Of a stretch of 64,000 nt of DNA, positions 1-29,739 are shown one piece after another. Positions within the stretch are counted from its first letter, which is position 1. Every line of letters starts with the position of its first letter. Below the pieces are notes generated by a model. That model was given only the letters and a program-made list of their open reading frames with translations, had not been told where the DNA came from and ran no database searches. The position numbers and the translations under genes are program-made. Where the stretch lies: contig CM035360.1 of assembly GCA_020137815.1 (NCBI GenBank), positions 6,200,001 to 6,264,000 of the forward strand, written 5' to 3'. The stretch comes from Hormiphora californensis. Taxonomy: Eukaryota; Animalia; Ctenophora.

Positions 1-174
1 CGAGGTTTGGCTTCATTCATAATAAAGCCGGAAAGTGGACTGAAACAAAATCACACTGATGTTCAATATGGTCCACATGCTGCAAGTCTTCGAGCGCTGC
101 AGCAGGAAAGGTGTTTATATTAACAAGAGTTCATAGGCATTGGTCCTGCACAACTGTTGCACGGGTTCTATCCC

Positions 175-177
<3 letters not shown>

Positions 178-251
<74 letters not shown>
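178..251. repeat. (CT)n microsatellite
   Basis: Pure CT dinucleotide run. Similar (CT)n/(GA)n tracts occur at about 5161-5300, 7259-7450, 8885-8941, 24180-24320, 46615-46746, 47070-47163, 48027-48130, 49750-49998 and 50142-50188. Confidence 0.97.
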
Positions 252-253
<2 letters not shown>

Positions 254-449
254 GTGAGCTCATGTTTTCCTTCCCCCCTTTTTTACAGTTTCTCCGTTTC
301 ACCTCTTTCTCCATTTCCCCACCAAATATCATCTACCTCCGATAGCAGACCTATGCAGCAGCAGAAGTTCACATTCTATAGCTCCAGTCGTTATGCCAGT
401 AACACCTATATTCCCCCTCCTCTTTCTCTCTCCCTGCTAATTACCTCTA

Positions 450-2101
450 ATTCCAGCGACCCACTAGTCGCTTCACTACCGGAATTTGCTTTCCTCTACA
501 TGCTGTTGTGTGCCTCCTCTTTCTCTCTCTCTTTCCCTCTCTCTATCTCTCCCTCTCTCGATGCATATAATTTAAGTCTTTTGGAAAATTGTTTGCGTGG
601 TTCTGAAATATGAGGGCTGGGGCTCTCAAAGGCATTTTTAAGTTAGACATACCAGTTATTTTACACTTATTATTAGTTGTGTGTGTTGGGGGGTGTTTCT
701 ATAAATTAATTCGCGGTTGGTGGTTGTAGTTGGTAATACGGTACGTGGTGTCGCCATGTTGTTATTGAACCAGTGGCCTAATAACCACTAAATAAATGCA
801 CTTGTTGCTTTAACAATATCTTGGCTTTTTGGTTTGCTTCGAGTGTTTCTTAGAGCTGTCTGCATCCTCTCTCTTGTATAACAGCTCTCTGCCTGATAAT
901 CTCTCTATAAGCTCTCCCTCCCTCTGTTGTATTTAGTTGTACACGCTCCAGTGCAGCTCCCCAGCCATGAATCCCCTCTACAATACCACCCCCTTGAGGG
1001 GGAACTGTTCCCCAGATTGTGCAGGGATCACAACAATCTCCCTCTACACCATCTTTTCCCCTCTACAGTCTACAACAACTCTCTCTACACAGAGCTTTAC
1101 AATAATCTCCCCCATCCCCTCACCAAGATCTGGTTCATAAATCTTTTATAGGTTGCTCTATTGTTCTTGCCTAACATGGTTCAAACAGTGCAGGTCTTAT
1201 CTTGTACAGTCCATTCGTTTTTTGGTGTTGTTTCTCTTCCAGTTCCAGCTGGATCATTTTGGTATAGGTTATTCCAGCGACCCACTAGTCGCTTCACTAC
1301 CGGAATTTGCTTTCCTCTACATGCTGTTGTGTGCCTCCTCTCCCTCTTTCTCTCTCTATCTCTCTCGATGCATATAATTTATGTCTTTTGGAAAATTGTT
1401 TGCGTGGTTCTGAAATATGAGGGCTGGGGCTCTCTAAAGGCATTTTTAAGTTAGACATATAATACCAGTTATTTTACACTTATTATTAGTTATTATTAGT
1501 TGTGTGTGTTGGGGGGTGTTTCTATAAATTAATTCGCGGTTGGTGGTTGTAGTTGGTAATACGGTACGTGGTATCGCCATGTTGTTATTGAACCAGTGGC
1601 CTATAATAACCACTAAATAAATGCACTTGTTGCTTAATATCTTGGCTCCATTCTTTAGCTGTTTTTGTTTGCTTCGAGTGTCAGAACTGTCTGCATCCTC
1701 TCTCTTGTATAACAGCTCTCTGCCTGATAATCTCTCTATAAGCTCTCCCTCCCTCAGTTGTATTTAGTTGTACACGCTCCAGTGCAGCTCCCCAGCCATG
1801 AATCCCCTCTACAATACCACCCCCTTGAGGGGGAACTGTTCCCCAGATTGTGCAGGGATCACAACAATCTCCCTCTACACCATCTTTTCCCCTCTACAGT
1901 CTACAACAACTCTCTCTACACAGAGCTTTACAATAATCTCCCCCATCCCCTCACCAAGATCTGGTTCATAAATCTTTTATAGGTTGCTCTATTGTTCTTG
2001 CCTAACATGGTTCAAACAGTGCAGGTCTTATCTTGTACAGTCCATTCGTTTTTTGGTGTTGTTTCTCTTCCAGTTCCAGCTGGATCATTTTGGTATAGGT
2101 T
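450..2101. repeat. Head-to-tail tandem duplication of an ~0.82-kb unit (450-1270 and 1271-2101)
   Basis: Both units start ATTCCAGCGACCCACTAGTCG and end GGTATAGGTT. Identical short ORFs at 927/1758 and 937/1768. Only small indels differ. Confidence 0.93.
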
Positions 2102-2321
2102 ATCTTTGTTCGCCAGGGGCCAGAACTTGTTTGCATTGCCACTCGTTTGTTTTCAAAAAACCAAAATCAACAGCTTTATTGGCAGGCAGCCCAGCTGTTA
2201 GACCACGTTAATTTTGCCTAAATTTGTACAGTGACCCTATTTGAATCTAGTGCAGGTTATGAAGCGTCGTCACAGTGTGGCAGCTTTTGGCCGAAACCAG
2301 TGCAACATGCCCTTTCAGGTA

Positions 2322-2455
2322 CAGTCGGACCCCGATTTACCGGAATGCTCGGGGGAAAGGGTTTTGCCCGGTATATCGGGGTGCTCGGTATATCGGGGTT
2401 AAATACTGTTAATTTCTTATATCGGGGGAAGTTTATCCTCCTGGTAAATCGGGAT
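2322..2455 (+). mobile_element. Truncated Tc1/mariner-pogo-type MITE
   Basis: TA followed by CAGTCGGACCCCGATTTA, the same terminus as the complete elements at 9640 and 14411, with internal ATCGGGG motifs. The right end is missing. Another remnant lies at ~43776-43845. Confidence 0.75.
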
Positions 2456-2924
2456 TCATGAGTTATGCATAAACGTGTGATTGAGAAGCATAAACACATT
2501 TGTTATTTTAAATCAAGAAACACGTAAAAACATTAAAATCGGGTCGCTCCTCCTCCTCTTCTCGTAATATTTTCACTTTCTAATTACCCCAACAGCGAAC
2601 AGTCAGCTAAAATAAATATACAAGATTATACACCGGGTGAACTAACCATCGTTAATATACTAAAAGATATGATGCCTATATTTTAAACCCAACTCATTTA
2701 TAAGGCCCTGATATACATGATAGTAAATTAGGGCTTCGGAAAATCGTTTTCGGCCAATATAATATAGCTCACAAAAAATACCTGCTCACAGTAAAACGTG
2801 AAACCACAGCGCAATTACATGTTCAGCGACATTTTATGTCCCAGAAACCACGAAAAAAGAACCCCTTGTTTTTATATCCTAAAACACCATAACATAATGC
2901 ATAATATTGTTCTACCCTGAATCA

Positions 2925-4097
2925 TCACTTCCTTTCAATAGGATCCTTCATTCTCAGTGTTCCCTTTGCCAACACGCCACCCCTCATTAGAGGTCTATGT
3001 TGGTTGCCGGATATGTTGTGGAACTGTATGGAAACTCCTCCCACATCTCCCCCTGTCCCCCGAGTATCGCGTTCCATCATACCCAACTTTCGCAGAACGG
3101 TTACCCGAAGCCGCTTTATCCTGCTAAAATACACCACGGGGTTTGCAAGAGAGTTTAGGGGGACACAGAAGCAGTAGATGAAGTTGGAGAGGTAGTAGGT
3201 GGGGGCATCAAACGAGGTGTAACTCTCAAACTGGTCGGATAGTCCTAATTTATCGAGTTTTTTATAGTTAACATCATCCAGAGTCAGGAAGATATTGGCA
3301 ATGGACATGGGGAGATTGAAGATCACGTATAGGAATGTCAGGAGCACAATAGTCAGAGTTGCAGAGTTTTTAGCAGCAGTAGATCCAATAGGTGCAGCCC
3401 CATTGCTCACCTTCTGGATACACGATGACTCTCTGCCAGGTCTCTTGCTGCTTTGCAACACCCCGTATGAGATGACACATGATAGAATGACGGGAAGGAC
3501 GGGAACCCAATACCACGTGATGGTGGGGATCACGTGCTTGAAGTAGTGTTCTGGTGTTATAACAATATAGGAGCAGTCAACATAGTTCGCACTATACGCA
3601 CCATGCCCTCCATACCAGTACAGGATGGAGCCTGTTATCAGCTGGAGGATAAAGGTAAAGAGGATGGGTATCACAATAGCTCGTTTTGAGATGCGGATCT
3701 TGAGGGGAAACAGAATGGAAAGTGTTCGTGTTATGGAGAGAATGGCAACGAGAGCCACACTTTGTCGAGATAGGATCTGCCAGAGAAAATGCCATACGTC
3801 ACAGAAAATGTGGCTTCGGAACAGACCAGGTCTCCGTCCCGTTAGATAACTCACTCCTACGGGTAGTTGGAGTAGAGAGATAAACACATCCACTAGGGTG
3901 ATTAGAATGTAGATAACCGTGCAGTTGTCCTTCCGTTGGGAGGAGAAGTAGGCACAGGCCGCAAAGTTACCCAGGGTACCCAGGAAGAAGCAGATTAGGG
4001 AGAGGATTCCATAGCAGATGTCTATTGCATGGTTGTAGTTATCCGCGGAGTAGATAACCTCAAGGGATTCATTGAGCTCAGTTTCATTGAATGTCAT
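2925..4097 (-). CDS. Orphan rhodopsin-like (class A) GPCR, single coding exon, 390 aa
   Basis: Seven hydrophobic segments. TM1 GN (GTLGN), TM2 LxxxD-like (ITLVD), TM3 Cys, TM6 FNLP, TM7 NPVVY, N-terminal N-glycosylation sequons. DRY position reads TRT. Confidence 0.9.
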   Translation of the reverse strand: MTFNETELNESLEVIYSADNYNHAIDICYGILSLICFFLGTLGNFAACAYFSSQRKDNCTVIYILITLVDVFISLLQLPVGVSYLTGRRPGLFRSHIFCDVWHFLWQILSRQSVALVAILSITRTLSILFPLKIRISKRAIVIPILFTFILQLITGSILYWYGGHGAYSANYVDCSYIVITPEHYFKHVIPTITWYWVPVLPVILSCVISYGVLQSSKRPGRESSCIQKVSNGAAPIGSTAAKNSATLTIVLLTFLYVIFNLPMSIANIFLTLDDVNYKKLDKLGLSDQFESYTSFDAPTYYLSNFIYCFCVPLNSLANPVVYFSRIKRLRVTVLRKLGMMERDTRGTGGDVGGVSIQFHNISGNQHRPLMRGGVLAKGTLRMKDPIERK

Positions 4098-5160
4098 ATC
4101 ACGTGCACTTTCCTAAAAGATATGGGGGTTTTTATAGCGGTTATCATTTTGCATTTGAGTAAGGGGTGAGAGGTGACAAATTTTGCAATGAACAAAAAAA
4201 GGCAAGATCACAAATCACTCGATAACAATACAATACAACTACAGAGTTGTAATGTAGACAGCTCAGCTGAGTAAGACACGGTGTGTGTGGAGACTATTAT
4301 ATTGTTCCCTCCGCCGCCGCAGACAATATTTGCTGCATTTCATGAGACATGTGACAGGTCCTACAATTACCACACATGAGAGGGAGGGGCAGAGGGTACT
4401 GGGTATAATAGCGGAGGTATAGCGGATCAGCAATGAGGTGGTTATAGCGGAGCAAAGACTGCTGGAAGGTGTCAAAATTTAGGTATAAAGTACTGTAAGA
4501 CACATGCAATCAGGGAGTCATAAGTCTGGAGATGAATAAGACATTAGCAGCAATCACCTCAATTTACACACACACCCTTGCTTCTTACACAAGGATTCAG
4601 CCCTTTAGTCCCTACATATAAAGCTTTAGATTCAAACAGGTTCAAAAATTCATCATTACTATACTAAAACATTTATTGAACTGTTCTGTCTCGAAGGGTT
4701 CAAAACATTGAAACTAAAACAGGGTGAATGAACTTGGTGCTATATATCACCACAGTAAGAGGACTGAAGGGCGATATACTACAGCAGCACTCGATATATC
4801 TCTTGGATATATCTGAATTTCTCTCTACTCGGTGTAGTAGACTCTCATCAAGATGTGCAGACATTGTTCCATGAGAATGTGAGGAGAACCTGGATGAGGA
4901 ATGTGGATGGGGAGAAGGAACGAATATAATGACTCTGCAGTTCCTCCTAATAATAATGGCCCTATTGAGGATCTGAACATGACCTTTGAGGACTGCTGCA
5001 CAATACTTCATTTTCATGGGGTTTTATGGGGTTTTCATAACTCACTTATTTCAAATCCAACGGAAACTGTTATACCATTCGTGTGTAGCGAAAAGCAGGT
5101 TTCTTGTCTTGTGAAACGCATGAGGTGCATCATGTAAATTTACTACAAGATTCCAGGTTT

Positions 5161-5242
<82 letters not shown>

Positions 5243-5243
5243 C

Positions 5244-5302
<59 letters not shown>

Positions 5303-5606
5303 TCTCCCTATTTTTCATCTTCAGTTTTAGTCTTTCACACACGCTTGGCCACACAGCAGCCTATGTATGTGTAAGGAGAGAAGCAGGCAAATTGGTATTT
5401 CCCCTATACCCACAGCAGCCTGTAGCAACATATACGCCGTTCAACCTTTCTCGCAACTTTGTGTAATTGTGCTAGCTCCGTTTTTTTGTACTCGTATTTT
5501 CTACACCCCTAGTACACTATCAAAAGCGGTGTCTTCAGGCGATCACATTACACACTTGTTGGGGAACTTGTTCAAAGACTATCAAAGCAGTCACAGCTAA
5601 AGCACC

Positions 5607-6473
5607 ATGATGGGGATGAGTGATGTGGTGGTGGCGGTCAGAAAACCCCCTCCACGGTCCATCATCGCAACTATTGATGTGTCAGCAGGCACCTCGACCA
5701 CCCAGAAACTCAGCAAAATGGTGAACTTCAATAACGCAGTAAAGACATTTCTCATCCCGGTGCGGGTTCCAACAATGACCGTTACCCCTAACAACAACAC
5801 AATTCACCTCTACCCTGCTCCTCCGCAAACAGTCGAGGATGCTGATAGTCCTCCCCCTCCACCAAAGAGTTGTAACATGGAGTTTTATGTGAACAACATG
5901 AAGTTCACTGCAACTGTTCACTATCCCAATCCTCCTCCACCACCTCCTTCTCCTCCTCTACCACCACCTATCGAGAGGGATTGCGATCTGGATAGTATTT
6001 GTAGTGAGCTAGATTTGGAGAGTCTACCACCCTCCCGGGCTACTACACCAGAGAACAAGATGCCGCTGATAAAACTTCACTCAGCACCCGAGAATGGAAG
6101 GTACCCACTCCACGTTATTTTGTGCTTCGGACGGAAAGTTATTTTGTGTTTAGGTCGCAAAGTTATTTTTGGACGCAAAGTTATTTTGTGTCTCGATCGC
6201 AAAGTTATTTATAAGATGCACCAACTAACACCCGTTCGATATCTCTCCTAATCACCCAGATGGACAAGTTTTGAGCAGCACAGTGGTTGGCGACCTAGTA
6301 GTAGATCAGGGGATCAGAGAAGGGCCGGCTGGGGAGGACCCCTGGATAGACCAAAGAGCGGACAAGACAGGAGGTGGAAGAATCCATGGGGAGGGAGCAA
6401 CTGGGGCAGCAGATCTAGTGTGGGTGCCTCTAACTTTATATTTGCTTTTTCTTCTCTTTCTGTAGATCTCTAA
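5607..6473 (+). CDS. Hypothetical proline-rich protein, tentative exons 5607-6100 and 6260-6473
   Basis: ATG-initiated ORF with poly-Pro tracts. A GT at 6101 and CAG at 6257-6259 remove a repetitive stretch and give an in-frame G/W/S/R-rich continuation to TAA. No recognised domain. Confidence 0.4.
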
Positions 6474-6784
6474 TATCATTCACTATCATGCATATCAAGA
6501 CAACTACAAGTAATTCAGTATGCGTGTTGAATCAGACGAGATAAGCATTTGATTGGAAAGATATTAAAGCTATAAGAATTACTCGCACCACCTGTAAACA
6601 TGTGTTATAGCTGTGACTCACAGTGTGAGAGAGGGGGAGCTGGGGGATGGATTAACACAAAATATGCAATGAAAACAATGCAACATGAATTGATCTTCGA
6701 TGCGGCTCTTTTCATACAGACCTAGAGAGATACGTAACTAGCAGTAATATATCGAGATACAAAAGGTTGCACATGTTTTTAAGC

Positions 6785-6859
6785 AAGGTTTATCACAAGG
6801 TTAAAGGTTTATCACAAGGTTGAAGGTTTATCACAAGGTTGAAGGTTTATCACAAGGTT
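6785..6859. repeat. Minisatellite, ~4 x 19 bp (AAGGTTTATCACAAGGTT[G/A])
   Basis: Directly visible tandem copies. Confidence 0.9.
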
Positions 6860-7275
6860 CTGGGTAGTCTGGGATGTCGAGCTGCCATTCTCAACCCCCC
6901 CTTAATCGCACAGGGCCCTGATGCTAATCAAGATTATGAATTAATGAAGTAATAAATAATAAGAGGAAATATAATAGCTGTTATGAATTATCCCCGAGAG
7001 CAAATTAATTGTTTCTCACTCTATGAGGAAGGAGCACCATGTTGTTTGATAGAGAGGAGACTGGAGAGAGGGGTGGAGAAAAAGAGAGAAAGGTGGCAGC
7101 TATAATAGCTACATATAATATGATAGTTCCCCGATGACGCCCGATCAGACTGCTATAATATACATCGCGCTGTGCGGCCTATAAGCATGGGGAGGCGTGA
7201 ATAATTAGTCTTTACCACAGCAACATTGTTGATAATCACATGTCTTCAGTACGAGACCCTCTCTCTATCTCTCTA

Positions 7276-7328
<53 letters not shown>

Positions 7329-7398
7329 ATCTCCCTCTTTCTCTCTCTCTCTATCTCTATCTCCCTCTTTCTCTCTCTCTCTCTCTATCTCTATCTCC

Positions 7399-7436
<38 letters not shown>

Positions 7437-8879
7437 ATCTCCCTCTTTCTATAATCTATCCATATCTTTCTCCCTTGCAAGTACCTTTCCACTGCTGCAG
7501 TCCCACCCCCATATATTGTATAGGCACGTGCACGTTATTGCAGGACCCTGAACGGCAGCAGCGGGTCGCATAAGATTCATCGCAGCTGGGATCTAATCGG
7601 AGTAATATATCTAGCTACTCTATCTCGGCAGCTTCTCAATCTCTCTCTATCTCAGCCTCATTCTCTAACGTTCAACTCCCCTGTTTCTCTCTCAACTTAA
7701 CACAGCCCCTGTTTCCAAATCAATTCCCAAATATCTCTCGATCTAATATCTACCTGTCATGTATAATATCATGCCGGAGATATATCTCACTGGGGATATC
7801 TCTCACCCCCCATATCAAGCTGTCATACATATGTTGAATATCTCACGAGAGTGATAAAAATTTAAGGTTCGTACTGGGTCTTCCCTTCAATTAGAGTCCT
7901 AATTTCATCTCTCTCCCCCCTTTCTATGATCCGTATTCATCCCATTGTCTCCAGCTGAGAGATAAAAAAGTAGCAAGGTAGTGAGATTACTGATTGTCGA
8001 CTGGCGACTATTTAAGAAATGCCCCGCCCCTCAATCCTATTATTTATTTTATAAACACAGACTTTAGTTCACATCTCATTCGAGACATCCACCCCTCTTT
8101 ACAACAAATATGCCCCATATAATTACGACGGTTCAAAATGACGGAAATTATAAACATCATCTTTTTCAGAGCCGTAACGACAACTCAGCCACCGAAGTCA
8201 AGAATCTTACGGATGACTTTATCAAAGACTGTGAGTTAAATTATAACCTCAAATCGAGGTCGCCGCGGTACATCACCTATACCTACTCCTATTCCTAAAC
8301 TATAACGCATTTTCTTTTCGGCGTTCATAAAATTAAATTAAAAATTAAAACTAGCTCGTTAGCTCTAAAATTGCTCCTAAAATTACATTATATTGGACTC
8401 ACTAACCACATAATGTTCATAAAGACCTGAAGAAATTCAATTACTATTAGGAAATGCACAGCGATCTGTATTGCATTCGGATGATGATTTTGATGAACTG
8501 ATTGCTACCGGAAGTCGCCGTTGCGCCGGTGCCGATTTGATATACATTCCACATAGGAAACTAATGAAGGAACAGATGTTTTGTTGTAAATCGAATAGCA
8601 AAGTGGGGTACTTTGGTCCAGATTAATAACTCTAACGTAGCAAGTTGAGAGAAGAAATTGAAGATAACATTTCATTGGGAATGGGTGCTCTCTGTCTCCC
8701 TCTCTCTGTCTCTCCAGGTCTCTCACACATTAGTTATGAGTAGAACTATATTCAGACTGCCTGTCTCATGATGACAGTATAGGGCGTCAACTGTTGACTC
8801 AACAGATCTGCACCGATGATAGAAAGGCAGTCTAATATAATACTACAAACACAGACCCCAGCAAAAACCGCCAGATTGG

Positions 8880-8940
<61 letters not shown>

Positions 8941-9639
8941 CCTGGTGCCTGCCTGCATTATACATGTGCGTCATGGAAACCTATTGAAGATGTCAGACGA
9001 GGAAAAGCTAGACTATTAGCCCTCGAGAATTCTAGCTGCAATTATAATATGAATAGGCTAGTGCCTAGTACAATCATTTTACCCATGATATAATATTCTT
9101 ATTAGTATAGTATTCTTATTTCTTAATGAACAAGTCGTGGACTACAACACAAAAGAGATGTGAACAGAGTAGTACGGTCACCTAGAACAATTCAGGAATG
9201 TGTGGGAATTAGAGGCAAATTTAGTGAGCGGCATTCCAGCCAGCCCCCCCCCCCTTATTACATAATAAACCACTAGGCGAGAAAACCACACAATTTTATG
9301 TAGTGTGGTAGTCTCAAAAGGAAAAGGTCTCTCTTCACACACACAGACGTAGGAATTCAGAGAGAACAATGCCATGAGAATAGCATTTTCAATGGCAAAT
9401 TATATTCACGCATCGGTGCGGTATGTACTTTTTTAAAGGTTCCGAAACGGAAAAAGCGCAGAGAGACAACAATTTTCGTAGAAGAATAGAAAATAGCAAC
9501 TTTTTAACTGGAACTCGTATATTACATGAAACTGAAGGCCAGATTACCCAATGGCCAACACCAAATGAGACCATTATTGAGGGTCAGGGGACTGCTACAG
9601 CTGAGCCCCCAATACCAATAAAAAGCACCAATATGCATA

Positions 9640-12166
<2,527 letters not shown>

Positions 12167-13429
12167 TATATACATTCTACAAAGGTGATTTTGTTTTTAA
12201 TCCGGTAAAAAGGAAATGTCCGTACTGCAGTAACTACATGTGGAAAATTAGGGACAGCAATTAAATTGATACACCAGATACAACAGATGTACCGAGCTGT
12301 CATTATTATCATGAAAACAACTAAATTTACACAAGGCATCAAGATATCAAAATGTATTGCCGAGTTGTACATCATTTGTGTACGTGTGGTTTATCAGATT
12401 TGACGAAGGGAGTGTAAAAAGAATTACGAAAGACGTTGTTTTGTTCAAACCCTTTTTAGACAGGGTCGAACAAGACGTGTATCAGAGCAGAAGACAAAAC
12501 CAGTCATTCCATCAGCATATTGGTAAAATTAAAATTAATATAGAAGGAATATCATGGCTGTGCCTGGTGCCATCCTGCACAATGCAATCAGCCGGGCACT
12601 GTGACTACCAGACATTGGAAGCATCGAGACTCGACCAACTAAACATACTATCACGCCCTCACTCAGAATTCGAAGTAAAGGTGAACTATATAAAGTTACC
12701 AACTACAGCACGCTACTTATAAGCGGGTTATGTAGGGCGACTGTAATATGCTGTTTTATTAGCTGATGATGTAATACGGCTCTATAAAACTAATGTGAGC
12801 TATCAACAAGTTATATAACTTGCCGACAACTTCTATCTAATGAAGCGTTCCTACAATGCCGTGCACATATTTAAGTTTAAAAAAGCAAAGCCAAGAAGTT
12901 TCATTTTTAAAAGGAGTCGTCTTACTAAATGAAATATAATGACCTGAACCAAGTACTATTCAAAATTAGCTTGATGGCTATAGAGTGCTCAATCTTTTCA
13001 GAGAGCTATTAACACGAAAACCAAAGAAAACGAATTTTCTGTGTTACGAACGTTTCATGGATAAACCAATCATCAGACGATAGAAAACCAAGTACTATAT
13101 TATAAACTATTCAATAGCCAAGGTCAAGGTTTTATATACCGTGCTTCAATCACGCGTTAGGGGCATGAAACGGGGCATAAAACCACATACTCACTTTTAA
13201 TAAAACCGCATTTTCCCATACTCTATAGTTGACAGTACCAGTTTAAACCTCCTAGACAAATTCACTGTGCCCTGCTCTGCCCCATTTTTCTCCGAAACGG
13301 CTTGTCAGTGTGGTTGGCAATTTGGAAAGCTATAATAGATAGTTTTAGAGAAACCCAAAAGTTGTACGATCCCCGTCCTAACCCAATATAGTTGTACGAT
13401 CCCCGTCCTAACCCAATCACTTGTTTCAG

Positions 13430-28543
<15,114 letters not shown>

Positions 28544-29739
28544 AACACGAGTTATCATAATATCAGATCATTTTCCCATTAATATTATTTGATGTGATGA
28601 GAGGGACCTCATTATTATTGAGATATTGATTCTCATCTTTCTGAAACGTTTTATTTGACTTATCCGTTATAATCACTTGGTTCTCGATGATGATACTACT
28701 ACGAATTATGTTGACTGTATCGACAGTTTAGTAAACCTATAACTGAGTGAGAAACTGACATCAGCCTTTAATCAATTCCTCAGTAGTCTTGTTTTTATAA
28801 TAATTTTCTTTTCAATAAAGTAAATGGCAATGTGAATACAATATTGTGAGTAATGATATGAGATTAGAAAGAATAGAATGTGATTTCAGATCGAATAGAT
28901 ATGCTTTGAACTTTCTAAACTTTCAATTTTAACTTTATACCAGACAATTTGATGTAAAAAGTGCATGTGGAATTTGCAAATTGTTTTTGTTAACAAAGAA
29001 AGAACTCGTTTTATTTCGGTGGTAGCTCTCCACGTATATGGTGTGGTGAATGAATGTGGTCTCGGCAGTTATCATCAGATTATCTCAGAGAGGGGGGGAT
29101 CCCATGGTATACTTTGGTATACTTTGGCACTTTCCACAACTTTTTCAGCGATTTTCCATATACCAAAGTATACCAAAGTATACCAAAGTATACCAAGGTA
29201 TACCAAAGTATAATAATAATAATAATAATATCTAGACTTGTATCCTGCCCAGATCCCCCAGGGACAGCATAGCATAGCTAATACTGCCACTGAGGGATAA
29301 TCAGAGCAGTTTACTCACACACTCAACCAAAATTAGATTCAAAAACGGTGGTAAAAACCAAATAAACCTGCTCTCATGAGATGGAAGAAATACAATCGGA
29401 TTCATAACAGACATAAATGGTAAGAAGACAAAAAATATAGCTTCAAAAAATATCCTCTACAACCTTTACACCTCTCCAAAAAACTTTATCAGATCAAAAA
29501 AAGGTTCAGATAAATCTCTGAACCACCCTCAACACAGACATCGCCCAGGAAAAAGCGGAAACTGAACACTGAATAAAAATAGTATTACACACTCAGACAC
29601 TCGTGCTTCAAACCCAAAAAGATGTGCTAGAAAAACTTGTCACGAGGGACACACAGTACAAACACACGTCTTACCTGATAGACAGTACAGCGAGTGATAG
29701 GATAGCGATAGGGGAAATCCGGAAAGAGGAAAGACACAA

